Shown: positions 40,912 to 49,935 of the stretch, one piece after another | How the letters are laid out: every line of letters starts with the position of its first letter | How positions within the stretch are numbered: the first letter of the stretch is position 1 | Virus record (IMG/VR): IMGVR_UViG_3300031705_000002 | Location: 1-64,000 of that record | Direction: 5' to 3' (one strand) | Length of the DNA stretch: 64,000 nucleotides | Source: a virus | Made by a program: the position numbers and the translations under genes | Notes under the pieces: model-generated | What the model was told of the DNA's origin: nothing | Seen by the model: only the letters and a program-made list of their open reading frames with translations | The model's database searches: none

Positions 40912-41205
40912 CTATCCTATTGTTACTACTCCTCTATTATTCCAAAGCAATCCAGAACCTCTAGTTGTAGCCCTTGTTGGTAAACTACCTCCTGTAGATA
41001 CAACTAACAACTCTGCACTAACTATGTAGCGTCTAAGCTCATCTATATCTTCTTGCATCTGTTGCATTTGATATAACATTGCTGCTTCAGGGGGGTATGC
41101 TTCTAACTCTGAGTGTTTAGTATTATCAAAACTTGATTTTAAAGCTGCTTTTTCACTTCCTGTTTTTCTGTGTACTGCTTCTGATTTTTTACTTGCTAGT
41201 GCCAT
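40912..41205 (-). CDS. Small hypothetical protein, possibly fibre-associated
   Basis: Short coiled coil and a C-terminal LPT...G.LWN..G motif of the kind seen in small phage fibre proteins. Confidence 0.55.
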   Translation of the reverse strand: MALASKKSEAVHRKTGSEKAALKSSFDNTKHSELEAYPPEAAMLYQMQQMQEDIDELRRYIVSAELLVVSTGGSLPTRATTRGSGLLWNNRGVVTIG

Positions 41206-41208
41206 ATC

Positions 41209-44073
41209 TTATACTGCTGCTATTGTCATTATTCCTCCGTTAACTTGATCTCCAGACGCTTGAGCTAATTCTATCAGTATATAGTTGGTGGCATCTGCAG
41301 TCACGTCCGTTATATTTATACTGGCCCCTACGTTACCTGTACCTTTACTTGTTACAGCTCTAGCATCTACGTTAGCCTCATATACGGTTATTGCTGGAGA
41401 TCCAGTACCATATATGTGCACATCAGTTGCTTTAAACCCTGCGGGAATCTCTGCAGAAGCAAACATAGTATTAGCACCGTGACTTTCTACCCACCTATCA
41501 CTAGTTGTATCATCTATTGCTAGAGGTCTACCTCCGTCATCCGCTATAAAGTCACTTGGTAGGATTTTTATATATAACTCTTGAGTTTTTATCCTAGCTC
41601 CTTCTATTGTAACCTTACCTGCTGCAGTTCTTGCTATAGTAGTGTCTGAAGCGTCACCTAATTCTATTGCTCCTTCTACAGTTAAAGACTTGTCTTGCCC
41701 TACAGTAAGAGCAAGAGCAATAGCACTAGTAGTATTAGGTGTAACATAGAACTCAATCTTACTTCCACCATTAGCATCATCTGCATGATTTTCAGTTGCT
41801 ACACCTCTCATTTGCAAGGTTGTACTTGTATCATCGTCATTTTGCCAAGCTATTACACCTATATTATCTCCGTCAGCAACTGTAGTACTAGAGTCTTTTA
41901 AAATAAGGCCAGGTGTTGTTCCTTCTATAAAACAAGCATCAGCTAAATATATATAATCTAAATTTCTTTTTATATACAGTTGTTTTAGATACGAATTGTT
42001 TTGTATAGTACCTAAACTAAATGTGTCATCATCTTCATTGTAAGCTATTTTAGCTCCATATTGAGGAGTATCTACATCATAACTTCCTGTTTCAAAAAAT
42101 GATATACCACCACCTGTAGTATCACTACCATTTCGACAATCTATAGAAATCCAATTGTTACTAGTACTAGTGTCTCCACCAATTCGCATGTTAGCAGTGT
42201 AAGTCTTTAAAGAGGTTACAGTTTGTGCAACGTTTAAGTGCATTGTATCTGCATCTAAGTTTGCGTTTGGTAACACTCCTGTAACTTCTGCAGTCAAATC
42301 TACACCACCGTCTTTTATTGTTACAGCACCTGAAGAAACTGCAAAGTTGTCAGAACTAAAACTAGCTTTACCTTTTGCAGATGTAGAAGCGTCTGTAACT
42401 ATAGCTGTAGCATTACCTGTGTCAAGAGTACCTACAGTAGTTATAGCAAGTCCGTGTATATCAGCCTGTGTTTGGTCAGCAGTAGCTCCATCTTCTACAT
42501 TAATAATTGTACGAAGATTAGTTGCAGATATTTCTTCTACTACTCCTGCACCTGCAGAGTCTCTACCTAATACTACGTTAGTAGCTGATACGTTTTGCAT
42601 CTTAGCATATGTAACTGCGTCTGCAGCTATTGTTGTAGCCCTATTACTAGAGGTTACATCTCCTGTTAAATTACCTATAGAAGCTACACCTGCCGCTAAT
42701 GTAGCAGCGTCTGCAGTAGATGCATTACCTGTTGTATCTTCATTCTGTAAAGCTAATGTTCCTGTAGACGCAGGTAAAGTTACTGTTATATCAGAGCCTG
42801 GATTACCTCCCGACAATGTTGCTTCGTGTACATCATCTGAAGTACCTTCAAATATAATATCATTACCAAATACAGTTGCATCTCCTGTAGTAAAAATAGT
42901 ACCAAGTATATTTAAGTTTCCACTTATAGTAGTGTCTCCGTCTGCGTCTACTTTAAGTCTAGGTAAAACCCCAAACCCATTAAGACTACTTCCTGAAGTT
43001 CCGTCAGCGGCTGTCCAAAATTCTATATCTCCACCATCTCCAGTTCCTGTACCTTGACCTCCGTAGAACTTTAAAGATCCTCCTTGCTGGTCTGTACCTG
43101 TTCCATTAGCCCCCTCTAACTTAAGAGTTCCTCCTACACCTGCACCGTCTTGCCGCTTTATGCCTATGACTGTTGTGTTTGTTGGTCCTATTGTCAGCCT
43201 GTTTGACGCAAAGGATAACTGTGTCTCCGCTTGAATAGCAGATGCCCCATTACCTGTAAGAAGAGAGTTGGAAGTTAAACTAGTTGCCCCAGTACCTCCT
43301 TTACTAACTGGAACCGTGTCTGATAAAGTTGACCCTGCAGCCGTAACAGTTATGTCTGCGCTACCATCAAAATCTTCCCCGTTAATCGCCCTAGCTGTAG
43401 TGAGTATTGTAGCTGATGCGGAAGTGGTGGCGGTTATTGAGGCACTCCCAAGAGCTGCTAAGTTATTAGAGCTTGATGTCCACTTAAGGGCACTAGAAGA
43501 AGTGTCCCCAAATATATACATATCACTACCATTTCCATTAATACCGAAACTTAACGTATTTGAGGAATGGGAGAGTATTGCGTCTCCATCTCCCCAACCT
43601 ATAGAAGCTCCAGTGGCTAGATATAAATTAGCCCAACTTTTTGTGGGTGACCCTAAACCTATTCCATCATTACTCGTAGGGGAAAGGTAGTTGGCATTTA
43701 AGCTTATCTCAGTAACATTGTTTATTTTAAAATCAATCTCATCGGCAGTACCAAAATCTATACAAGTCTCAGCATCCTCACCAATGATTAAGTCAGTGAC
43801 TAATATAGACGATGGATTTAAGGGCATAGCGGCTATATCAGAAATAACTTCTGCACCTGTTCTGTATTTTACTACATTACTAGCATCGATTGTAAGGAAT
43901 TTATCAGGGTCAGTGGTATCGTTTTGTAAACCCTCTATCTTAATAGGGTCTAATTTATCCTTCACATGAAATTTATGTGTAGGAACTTTAACTCCGATAC
44001 CCACTCTAAACAGAGTAAACATATCGGAGGACTTTTCCTTAACCTGTTTCCAAAAAGATACTAATTTTTTCAT
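41209..44073 (-). CDS. Tail fibre / spike protein (954 aa)
   Basis: G/S/T/A-rich; fibre-type motifs RVGIGVKVP, TARAINGEDFDGSADIT, VSKGGTGATS, GDVT...IAADAVTYAKMQ. Confidence 0.75.
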   Translation of the reverse strand: MKKLVSFWKQVKEKSSDMFTLFRVGIGVKVPTHKFHVKDKLDPIKIEGLQNDTTDPDKFLTIDASNVVKYRTGAEVISDIAAMPLNPSSILVTDLIIGEDAETCIDFGTADEIDFKINNVTEISLNANYLSPTSNDGIGLGSPTKSWANLYLATGASIGWGDGDAILSHSSNTLSFGINGNGSDMYIFGDTSSSALKWTSSSNNLAALGSASITATTSASATILTTARAINGEDFDGSADITVTAAGSTLSDTVPVSKGGTGATSLTSNSLLTGNGASAIQAETQLSFASNRLTIGPTNTTVIGIKRQDGAGVGGTLKLEGANGTGTDQQGGSLKFYGGQGTGTGDGGDIEFWTAADGTSGSSLNGFGVLPRLKVDADGDTTISGNLNILGTIFTTGDATVFGNDIIFEGTSDDVHEATLSGGNPGSDITVTLPASTGTLALQNEDTTGNASTADAATLAAGVASIGNLTGDVTSSNRATTIAADAVTYAKMQNVSATNVVLGRDSAGAGVVEEISATNLRTIINVEDGATADQTQADIHGLAITTVGTLDTGNATAIVTDASTSAKGKASFSSDNFAVSSGAVTIKDGGVDLTAEVTGVLPNANLDADTMHLNVAQTVTSLKTYTANMRIGGDTSTSNNWISIDCRNGSDTTGGGISFFETGSYDVDTPQYGAKIAYNEDDDTFSLGTIQNNSYLKQLYIKRNLDYIYLADACFIEGTTPGLILKDSSTTVADGDNIGVIAWQNDDDTSTTLQMRGVATENHADDANGGSKIEFYVTPNTTSAIALALTVGQDKSLTVEGAIELGDASDTTIARTAAGKVTIEGARIKTQELYIKILPSDFIADDGGRPLAIDDTTSDRWVESHGANTMFASAEIPAGFKATDVHIYGTGSPAITVYEANVDARAVTSKGTGNVGASINITDVTADATNYILIELAQASGDQVNGGIMTIAAV

Positions 44074-44537
44074 TACATAAAATAATCTAGTTCTCTATCT
44101 TCATCTTTTAATATACCCGCCAACCTTCTAGCGTTAGTTCTGGTTGGTATGAAAGCGTATGCAGTTATATTCTTAACTGCCCCCTTCTTCCAATAGAACC
44201 TGTATTTATATCCTCCTGTATGAGCGTTCATATGATAGATACGCTTCTTCAGTTCTTTAGATTTTTGCCAATCTATCCTGAGGGTATTCTTGTCTGCAAA
44301 ATTCATCTTAGTCTTTTTGACTCTCATGAACCCTAGCCTAACAAGAAGTTTAATCTCAGCACTGCCGTCTAACATCTTGTCTACCAGTGCTTTATTATAT
44401 TCATCACAAACCTTTCTGAATACTTTGTACTCTGCTTGCAATTCTTTTATTGTATTCTTCTTGTAGAACTTGTAAATATCTCTACATCCATTATCTATTT
44501 TGTAAACTCCGTCTCCTCGTTTGCTGTTTTCGTACAC
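44073..44537 (-). CDS. crAss IHF/HU-like protein, copy B
   Basis: IDWQKS, YHMN.HT.GY.YRFYWKK, Y.F.PTR; GTG start overlaps the upstream TAG (TAGTG). Confidence 0.65.
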   Translation of the reverse strand: MYENSKRGDGVYKIDNGCRDIYKFYKKNTIKELQAEYKVFRKVCDEYNKALVDKMLDGSAEIKLLVRLGFMRVKKTKMNFADKNTLRIDWQKSKELKKRIYHMNAHTGGYKYRFYWKKGAVKNITAYAFIPTRTNARRLAGILKDEDRELDYFM

Positions 44538-45232
44538 TATTTCTGAGCGTTAGGTTGTAGGTCTGAGTTAGCATTATTTGATCTATCTGTCTGCATCTGA
44601 ATCATAGGCTGCATATTCTGAGCCATCATAGCTTGCTTAATTAGATCTAGCATTGAAGTAGATAAAGGGTATTCATCAGTTTCTACATCGTAGCAAAGGC
44701 TATCATCTGATTTTGTGTACTCTCCTATCCTAGTAGGATCCTGCCAAACACCCTCTACTTTAATCTCTTCTAATAACTCTGCTTCTGGGCCTAAGATATA
44801 TACGAATCCGTCTAGCAAGAATGCAAATGTCATCCTCTGAGTATATCTATTATTTCCTGCCCAGGGAGCTCTGTTGTAAGGGATCATGTGGAAGTTGGCT
44901 GAGAGAATTCCTGTAGGCCCAATAGCTGTTACCAAATTTTGGTGAGCAGTTTCTACTGAACTAGGTATCTTCTTCTTAGATCTAACGATCATAACTTCAT
45001 CTGAAAGACCACAAGTAGTCCCACTTACAGGCTCTACCTCTAGACAGTATATTAATTGTTTAATATTATCAGATATACTCCTACGCTTATTAATATCCTG
45101 ACGGATATACTGCGCTCTTAGGGTGTGTATCTGAAACTCGATCTGACGATCTGATATAATATCATCATCAGATTGAACCCCACCACGAATGATGTTCTTA
45201 ATGTCGTAAACAATTTCTTTTAATAGTGCCAT
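44537..45232 (-). CDS. Tail ring/collar structural protein, copy B
   Basis: Collinear paralogue of 38310-39008 (RGG, RA..IR.D, C..VE.V, GVWQDP, YPL). Confidence 0.65.
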   Translation of the reverse strand: MALLKEIVYDIKNIIRGGVQSDDDIISDRQIEFQIHTLRAQYIRQDINKRRSISDNIKQLIYCLEVEPVSGTTCGLSDEVMIVRSKKKIPSSVETAHQNLVTAIGPTGILSANFHMIPYNRAPWAGNNRYTQRMTFAFLLDGFVYILGPEAELLEEIKVEGVWQDPTRIGEYTKSDDSLCYDVETDEYPLSTSMLDLIKQAMMAQNMQPMIQMQTDRSNNANSDLQPNAQK

Positions 45233-46411
45233 CTAGTCTAAATTTACTTGTAAGTGCCCTTCACACCCTTTACTTTTATTCCATATATACGCCTGAGCTT
45301 CTCTCATGGCCCCGTAACCCATCACCTTATGCCAAGTATCGTTAGGGCAAATACTAGGCAGGAACCTTACTTTAATCCCTCCTGTGTACGTGTTAACAAT
45401 CTCTCTATGTTGATGTCCACAGTGTATCTCTCTATATTTACATTTAGCAAATTTTACAGGTTGCTCTGTAGCCATTATTATAGGCATGACTGCAGGTTTT
45501 TCTTTGTCTCCGTGGGTAAACATTATAAGGTTTGTTCCGTACACATAGTACTTCCTAGACTCATAACTATTATCCACTTCTACTACTGTAGAATCTCTAT
45601 ACCAAGATTCAATAACTTCACCTATGTAGAACATACGTTCGAAGTCATGATTACCTTGTATTACTATAACGTCTACTGGTGCGAATGCTGCTAAATAATC
45701 TATAGCTAACACTAACAACTTCCAATATCCTCTAAAGGTCTCCTGCCATTCCTCAGAATCATGCTGAGGAGTTCCCTTAGTTGTTGCTCGGCTGTACCCT
45801 TCAGAGTTTAAACCATCATTACCAATAGGAAGGATAAACCTTTCTATGTTAAGTCCAGTTGCTTTTCGATGTAACTCCTTAATAGTATTAAGGTATATTC
45901 GATTAGCTTTCTCTTGGGATACTCCCGTTATCTTACCATAATGAAAATCAGGTAAAGATATTTCGTATGCTACTGGATCCCCTATCTTAAAATCATAGGC
46001 TGGATCTGGATGCTCGGGTACGTATTCCTGCATCTCTTTAAAGAACTCTTCTTTAAACTCAATTAAGTTTGCTGCCTGCGGTTTAGTTACCACAGAGAAC
46101 CTAGAGTCTCCCTTAACTGTTTGCCAGTGTTTAACCGACGTTACCTCTTTTTGATTTATACCTTTTTCCTTCAGGTGTATATCTAGTTCGGGAAGGTACG
46201 CATTCTCAGCTGAACTGTAGTCTTTCGTGTCATTTTCATTAGAGTTTTTATCTGACTCCTGCCCTGACCACTTAAATCCTCCTGCGGAATTCCTAGCTCC
46301 TAATAATACTTTTCTTATACTACTGTCGTTTACTCCCGACTCTCGCATAGCTTCCATGATTGTTGCGTACTCCCCTACAATATTGCCTTGGCTATCAATT
46401 TGTAAAATCAT
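45233..46411 (-). CDS. Calcineurin-like metallophosphoesterase, copy B, with N-terminal NUMOD1 (IENR1) DNA-binding domain
   Basis: DFHYG, GND, GNHD, THGD, GHQH. N-terminus ILQID..GNIVGEY.TI.EA....G...SSI..VL.G..NSAGGFKW is NUMOD1-like. Confidence 0.85.
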   Translation of the reverse strand: MILQIDSQGNIVGEYATIMEAMRESGVNDSSIRKVLLGARNSAGGFKWSGQESDKNSNENDTKDYSSAENAYLPELDIHLKEKGINQKEVTSVKHWQTVKGDSRFSVVTKPQAANLIEFKEEFFKEMQEYVPEHPDPAYDFKIGDPVAYEISLPDFHYGKITGVSQEKANRIYLNTIKELHRKATGLNIERFILPIGNDGLNSEGYSRATTKGTPQHDSEEWQETFRGYWKLLVLAIDYLAAFAPVDVIVIQGNHDFERMFYIGEVIESWYRDSTVVEVDNSYESRKYYVYGTNLIMFTHGDKEKPAVMPIIMATEQPVKFAKCKYREIHCGHQHREIVNTYTGGIKVRFLPSICPNDTWHKVMGYGAMREAQAYIWNKSKGCEGHLQVNLD

Positions 46412-46794
46412 TTCTTTTTTATTTTTTCAATACTCCTCCCTGCAAAATAAGCTCCGTACACGGTGATTAGTAAAGTTTGGTAGATTGGTTTATAAGCTGC
46501 GTCCATTACGAATCCTCCTAGATTACCATCTAAGAAAGACAGTACGACTAGGATTAAAGTTAAAAAAGCGAGAGCCAAAGGTCTTATGTTCTTGGATAAC
46601 CAGTTGTCAGACTTCATGTCTGCCTCCCATCTCCTAGAAACTTGTTCCTGGGCATTCGCTTCAGCTTGCATTAGCACTTCCTCTATCTTTTGACGGGCAG
46701 CTAACTTCTCTTCTTTAGAGGTGGTTAGATTATCAAGTACATCTCCTACTTGCTTAATCACTCCACCTCCTAATAGGTCTAGTAGTTTACTCAT
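46408..46794 (-). CDS. Putative holin (GTA/3TM holin family), copy B
   Basis: Same motifs as copy A (107/128 identical by manual count); directly follows the endolysin. Confidence 0.75.
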   Translation of the reverse strand: MSKLLDLLGGGVIKQVGDVLDNLTTSKEEKLAARQKIEEVLMQAEANAQEQVSRRWEADMKSDNWLSKNIRPLALAFLTLILVVLSFLDGNLGGFVMDAAYKPIYQTLLITVYGAYFAGRSIEKIKKK

Positions 46795-47249
46795 GATAAG
46801 TCTGCATATTTATATTTAGTGTCATTGTCTTCATCCTTGTAGGCTTCCAACACTTGCTTTCTATTACCTTCCTTAATCAACGATATGTGTATCCAAGCGA
46901 AGTCGAATTCGTTAATCATTTGGTCGAACTCAATACCACTTTCTAATACCCAGTCGTAGATTTCTTTGTTCGATATTTTACCATCGTTCCAAAATTGCAA
47001 ATCCAAAGCCTCACCTTTACAATGCTGGCTTTTGTTACTTCCACCGATAGCCCTGTTGAGGGCTGGGTTGCGATAACCACTACTGATCCTGATAGGACCA
47101 AGAGCTTCTCGCATAGGTTGAACAAGGTTAGTAATAATCCTTTGAATACTTCGTAGGTGTTCTTTGTTGGGGCCATTATCTATCCCCAACCGTTTAGCTG
47201 CATTGCTTCGAGTAATCTCAGACAATACAAAATTATCGCTTAATCTCAT
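46791..47249 (-). CDS. Endolysin, peptidase M15A/M15_3 family
   Basis: ISSGYR..ALNRAIGG...SQHCKGEALD...WIHIS zinc-peptidase motifs. Confidence 0.9.
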   Translation of the reverse strand: MRLSDNFVLSEITRSNAAKRLGIDNGPNKEHLRSIQRIITNLVQPMREALGPIRISSGYRNPALNRAIGGSNKSQHCKGEALDLQFWNDGKISNKEIYDWVLESGIEFDQMINEFDFAWIHISLIKEGNRKQVLEAYKDEDNDTKYKYADLS

Positions 47250-47742
47250 CTATGTACACCTTTCTAGTTAATATTCCGTTACTTGCTATATAGAAACCTC
47301 TTACAGGTTTTACTTCTCTGCCTAAAATATCGTAATAGTGAGTTGGGATGAAGGGTGTATTATCAACCTCTTCTATTCCTATAGTCAAGCATCCTACATC
47401 TACTAGTTGCTCTTTGAATTCTTGCGGCCAAGTACCAAGCGAATCGATCCAATCTACATCAGATAAGAAGTCATACTCTGTTTGACCTACATATAAGTAT
47501 GCACCATTCCATCCGTCTCCGTAAGAGTCCATCATGTTTATCTGGTAATACTCTGGTAATACAACTGCACCTAAATAAGGAGCTATACCTTCTAATAATA
47601 TACCACCATTACAGGTTAGAATCTGCCAAGTTATCTCATCAGGGTATTCTCCTGTTGTACACTCTACAAATACTTGTTGCTGCTGTGCTGAAGATGTTAA
47701 CGACATCAATGTCACGAACACTAAAAATAATAGTTTTTTCAT
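47233..47742 (-). CDS. Exported protein with signal peptide and T9SS-CTD-like C-terminus
   Basis: MKKLLFLVFV...SSA|QQQQ signal; DSYGDGWNG motif; C-terminal IGIEE...YYDILGREV...GFYI...RKVYI. Confidence 0.65.
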   Translation of the reverse strand: MKKLLFLVFVTLMSLTSSAQQQQVFVECTTGEYPDEITWQILTCNGGILLEGIAPYLGAVVLPEYYQINMMDSYGDGWNGAYLYVGQTEYDFLSDVDWIDSLGTWPQEFKEQLVDVGCLTIGIEEVDNTPFIPTHYYDILGREVKPVRGFYIASNGILTRKVYIDEIKR

Positions 47743-48110
47743 TATTGGAATTTGTTAAATGTTATTTCGTCTATAACAGACTGTACTTCTTTTTTGGTAG
47801 CATTCAACTCCATCATAATGTTGGGGTTAAATCTGTTCTGCTCCACACCATTATCGAAGACAATAATGGTGGGAACTGAGGTTACTTTGTATTTACTCTG
47901 AAGGTCGGAGCTCTTGATAATACACACTCTATACGAGGAACAATCTTTTAGAGCCTCTAGGAATTCAACTTCGTTTCCTTGATTCCATTCTACCCAGAAT
48001 TCTACGACTACTATACCTTTAGCTGTCTTGGGTCCAAATGAGCTAGAAGTGACAAACTCTTGAGCTACAATATTTGTAGTAAGGAGTAGTAATAATAATA
48101 AGTATTTCAT
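47742..48110 (-). CDS. Exported thioredoxin-fold protein lacking CXXC
   Basis: Signal ...NIVA|Q; VVVEFWVEWN replaces FxAxWCxxC; KYKVTSVPTIIVFDNG cis-Pro motif. Confidence 0.75.
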   Translation of the reverse strand: MKYLLLLLLLTTNIVAQEFVTSSSFGPKTAKGIVVVEFWVEWNQGNEVEFLEALKDCSSYRVCIIKSSDLQSKYKVTSVPTIIVFDNGVEQNRFNPNIMMELNATKKEVQSVIDEITFNKFQ

Positions 48111-48409
48111 ATTGCTATTCGTATTGTAACAACTCCTAGCACCGATCCCACTGCGTCTGCAGCTAAATCACTCCACTCAGGTTGTCCGTGTTTAATGTCA
48201 TAAATTTCTTTAATACTTCCAGCTAAGACGGCTGCGCATAATCCTATCAGTATCGCTTTCTTCTTGTCGTTGGTTTTATTGTAAACTACAGCACTAATAG
48301 TAGAACTAATTACATAACTCCCACCAAGATGTAGAAGCTTGTCCTGTGGTACTAGTTGTGCACACACATTACTTGTAATCAATAACGCTATCAAAAGTAG
48401 TTTACTCAT
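48107..48409 (-). CDS. Small membrane protein, VanZ/YfiM-like
   Basis: DKLLH, KEIYD and WSDLAAD motifs with hydrophobic helices; signal ...NVCA|Q. Confidence 0.6.
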   Translation of the reverse strand: MSKLLLIALLITSNVCAQLVPQDKLLHLGGSYVISSTISAVVYNKTNDKKKAILIGLCAAVLAGSIKEIYDIKHGQPEWSDLAADAVGSVLGVVTIRIAI

Positions 48410-48680
48410 AAAGCTTTTGTTTAATAAGCTTCATGTCTTCTTTCATCTCAGAAACATCTTCCTGAGTATTCATGATAGTCTGACGTATCAGCTTATCTTT
48501 CATATCGAACTCCATTCGAGTAATAACAGGGTCTATCGGTTCAGGTAACTCCCTAGCTTCTGCTATATCGTTCTGTAGTGTAAACCACATCCCCACCAAT
48601 GTTGCTATTAAGAATGCTATACCTCCTAAAGTCTTGAGACTTATCTGTACTGCACTGTCTTCACTTAATTCTTTAGCCAT
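48402..48680 (-). CDS. Single-pass membrane protein with C-terminal coiled coil
   Basis: Hydrophobic LGGIAFLIATLVGMWF, then heptad-like QEDVSEMKEDMKLIKQKL. Confidence 0.65.
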   Translation of the reverse strand: MAKELSEDSAVQISLKTLGGIAFLIATLVGMWFTLQNDIAEARELPEPIDPVITRMEFDMKDKLIRQTIMNTQEDVSEMKEDMKLIKQKLYE

Positions 48681-48683
48681 CTA

Positions 48684-49712
48684 TTAAAATATTAAATAAT
48701 TTATTCCCGTTTGCATATTATAAGATCTTATATCCCAGTACTTAAGGTGTCTTCCTTCTACGAAGATACTAAAATGTTTGTTAAATTTAACACCAAACAC
48801 CACACCAATATCCCATTCCGTCGTTACCCCAGGGTATGAGTAGGAATATTCACTCAAACCTTTATGTGCAGGATACACAGAACCCCATGCATGCATCCAA
48901 GACTTGCTTGAATAATGATAATAATCGGCTCCTACAACCATAGAAACTTCTTGTTGAAGACCCAAATCATTAAGTTGCTGATTGTTGTATTCGTTTACAG
49001 CATCCCCAAAATGATACGAGTAAAACTCAGGGTCTGACTCAGCGATAACTTCCCCTTCATGAGACCACACATGATTGTCATCATCAGTGTATCCAAACTC
49101 ATTAGCTAGCTGCCACCAGTGTTTGTTCTCAGGCTTAGAGAACCATTCCTCTATTGGAGAGTATCCGTACACAGGGTGAGAACGATGGGCTACGCCTAAA
49201 GTAAGGTCGATATTACCAAAACTTTTACGTAGCCTAACCTCGCCCAGAGTATATTTAAGATTAATTAATCCGTCATCCACATACGAAGCTTTCGATGTTA
49301 GGTGATCAGATATGTATCTAACCTTATATTCTTGCTGTTTAAATTTCATCCCTCTATTACGAATGGATGAGTACTTAAACAAGTACTCTAAACCAGGTGC
49401 GTTAGATATTGTAGCGTAATCGCTACTCTCGTCTTCTGAACCCGTGTAAAAATTACCCTGTTTTACCTGGTAATCAAAACGTGCTATCTTTCTAAGCCCT
49501 ATTGTTATGTTATAATTAGGAGCGCTGACCTCAGTCATCTCAACAAGCTGTCCAGAGCCTGCAATCCCATCAACTATAAAAGCTTGATTCTCTGAGAAGG
49601 GTGCTGCCGTAGACATACTTGCATAGAATGTAGCAAACCTAAATAGGGAGAACCCCATCTGAGCATTAGCAACCGTGCTAACAAACAGTAATATGTATAA
49701 TAACTTCTTCAT
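48684..49712 (-). CDS. Putative outer-membrane beta-barrel protein (342 aa)
   Basis: Signal ...VANA|Q; alternating amphipathic strands; terminal MQTGINYLIF resembles a BAM beta-signal. Confidence 0.65.
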   Translation of the reverse strand: MKKLLYILLFVSTVANAQMGFSLFRFATFYASMSTAAPFSENQAFIVDGIAGSGQLVEMTEVSAPNYNITIGLRKIARFDYQVKQGNFYTGSEDESSDYATISNAPGLEYLFKYSSIRNRGMKFKQQEYKVRYISDHLTSKASYVDDGLINLKYTLGEVRLRKSFGNIDLTLGVAHRSHPVYGYSPIEEWFSKPENKHWWQLANEFGYTDDDNHVWSHEGEVIAESDPEFYSYHFGDAVNEYNNQQLNDLGLQQEVSMVVGADYYHYSSKSWMHAWGSVYPAHKGLSEYSYSYPGVTTEWDIGVVFGVKFNKHFSIFVEGRHLKYWDIRSYNMQTGINYLIF

Positions 49713-49921
49713 TTCTTAGCAAATTTCTCTACCCCTGAAATACCAAAGCATCCTAAGACAACCCAAACAAAGGCTTCGTAAACAAATTCGTTTACTACTA
49801 GTTCAGCTCCAAGCCACCCCGTAACAAGATCAGCTACCATGATAAGACACATTATAGCAAATGCTATAAAACCTACAATAGCTTTCTCGTTCCAATTATT
49901 ATCGTTCTTAAATATTTCCAT
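49709..49921 (-). CDS. Small two-TM membrane protein (holin-like)
   Basis: Two hydrophobic helices and a charged EKFAKK tail. Confidence 0.6.
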   Translation of the reverse strand: MEIFKNDNNWNEKAIVGFIAFAIMCLIMVADLVTGWLGAELVVNEFVYEAFVWVVLGCFGISGVEKFAKK

Positions 49922-49935
49922 TTTAGTCTTTTTTA

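Noticed and set aside
46408-46420. A_AAA_AAG heptamer at the end of holin B that could fuse it to the phosphoesterase by -1 shift
   Set aside because: The downstream gene has its own ATG (ATGA coupling), Lys-rich A-runs are common here, and the site is not kept in holin copy A.
37837-46794. Assembly artefact as the cause of the duplicated cassette
   Set aside because: The copies are strongly diverged at DNA level and differ in N-terminal domains, so they are not a collapsed or repeated contig segment.
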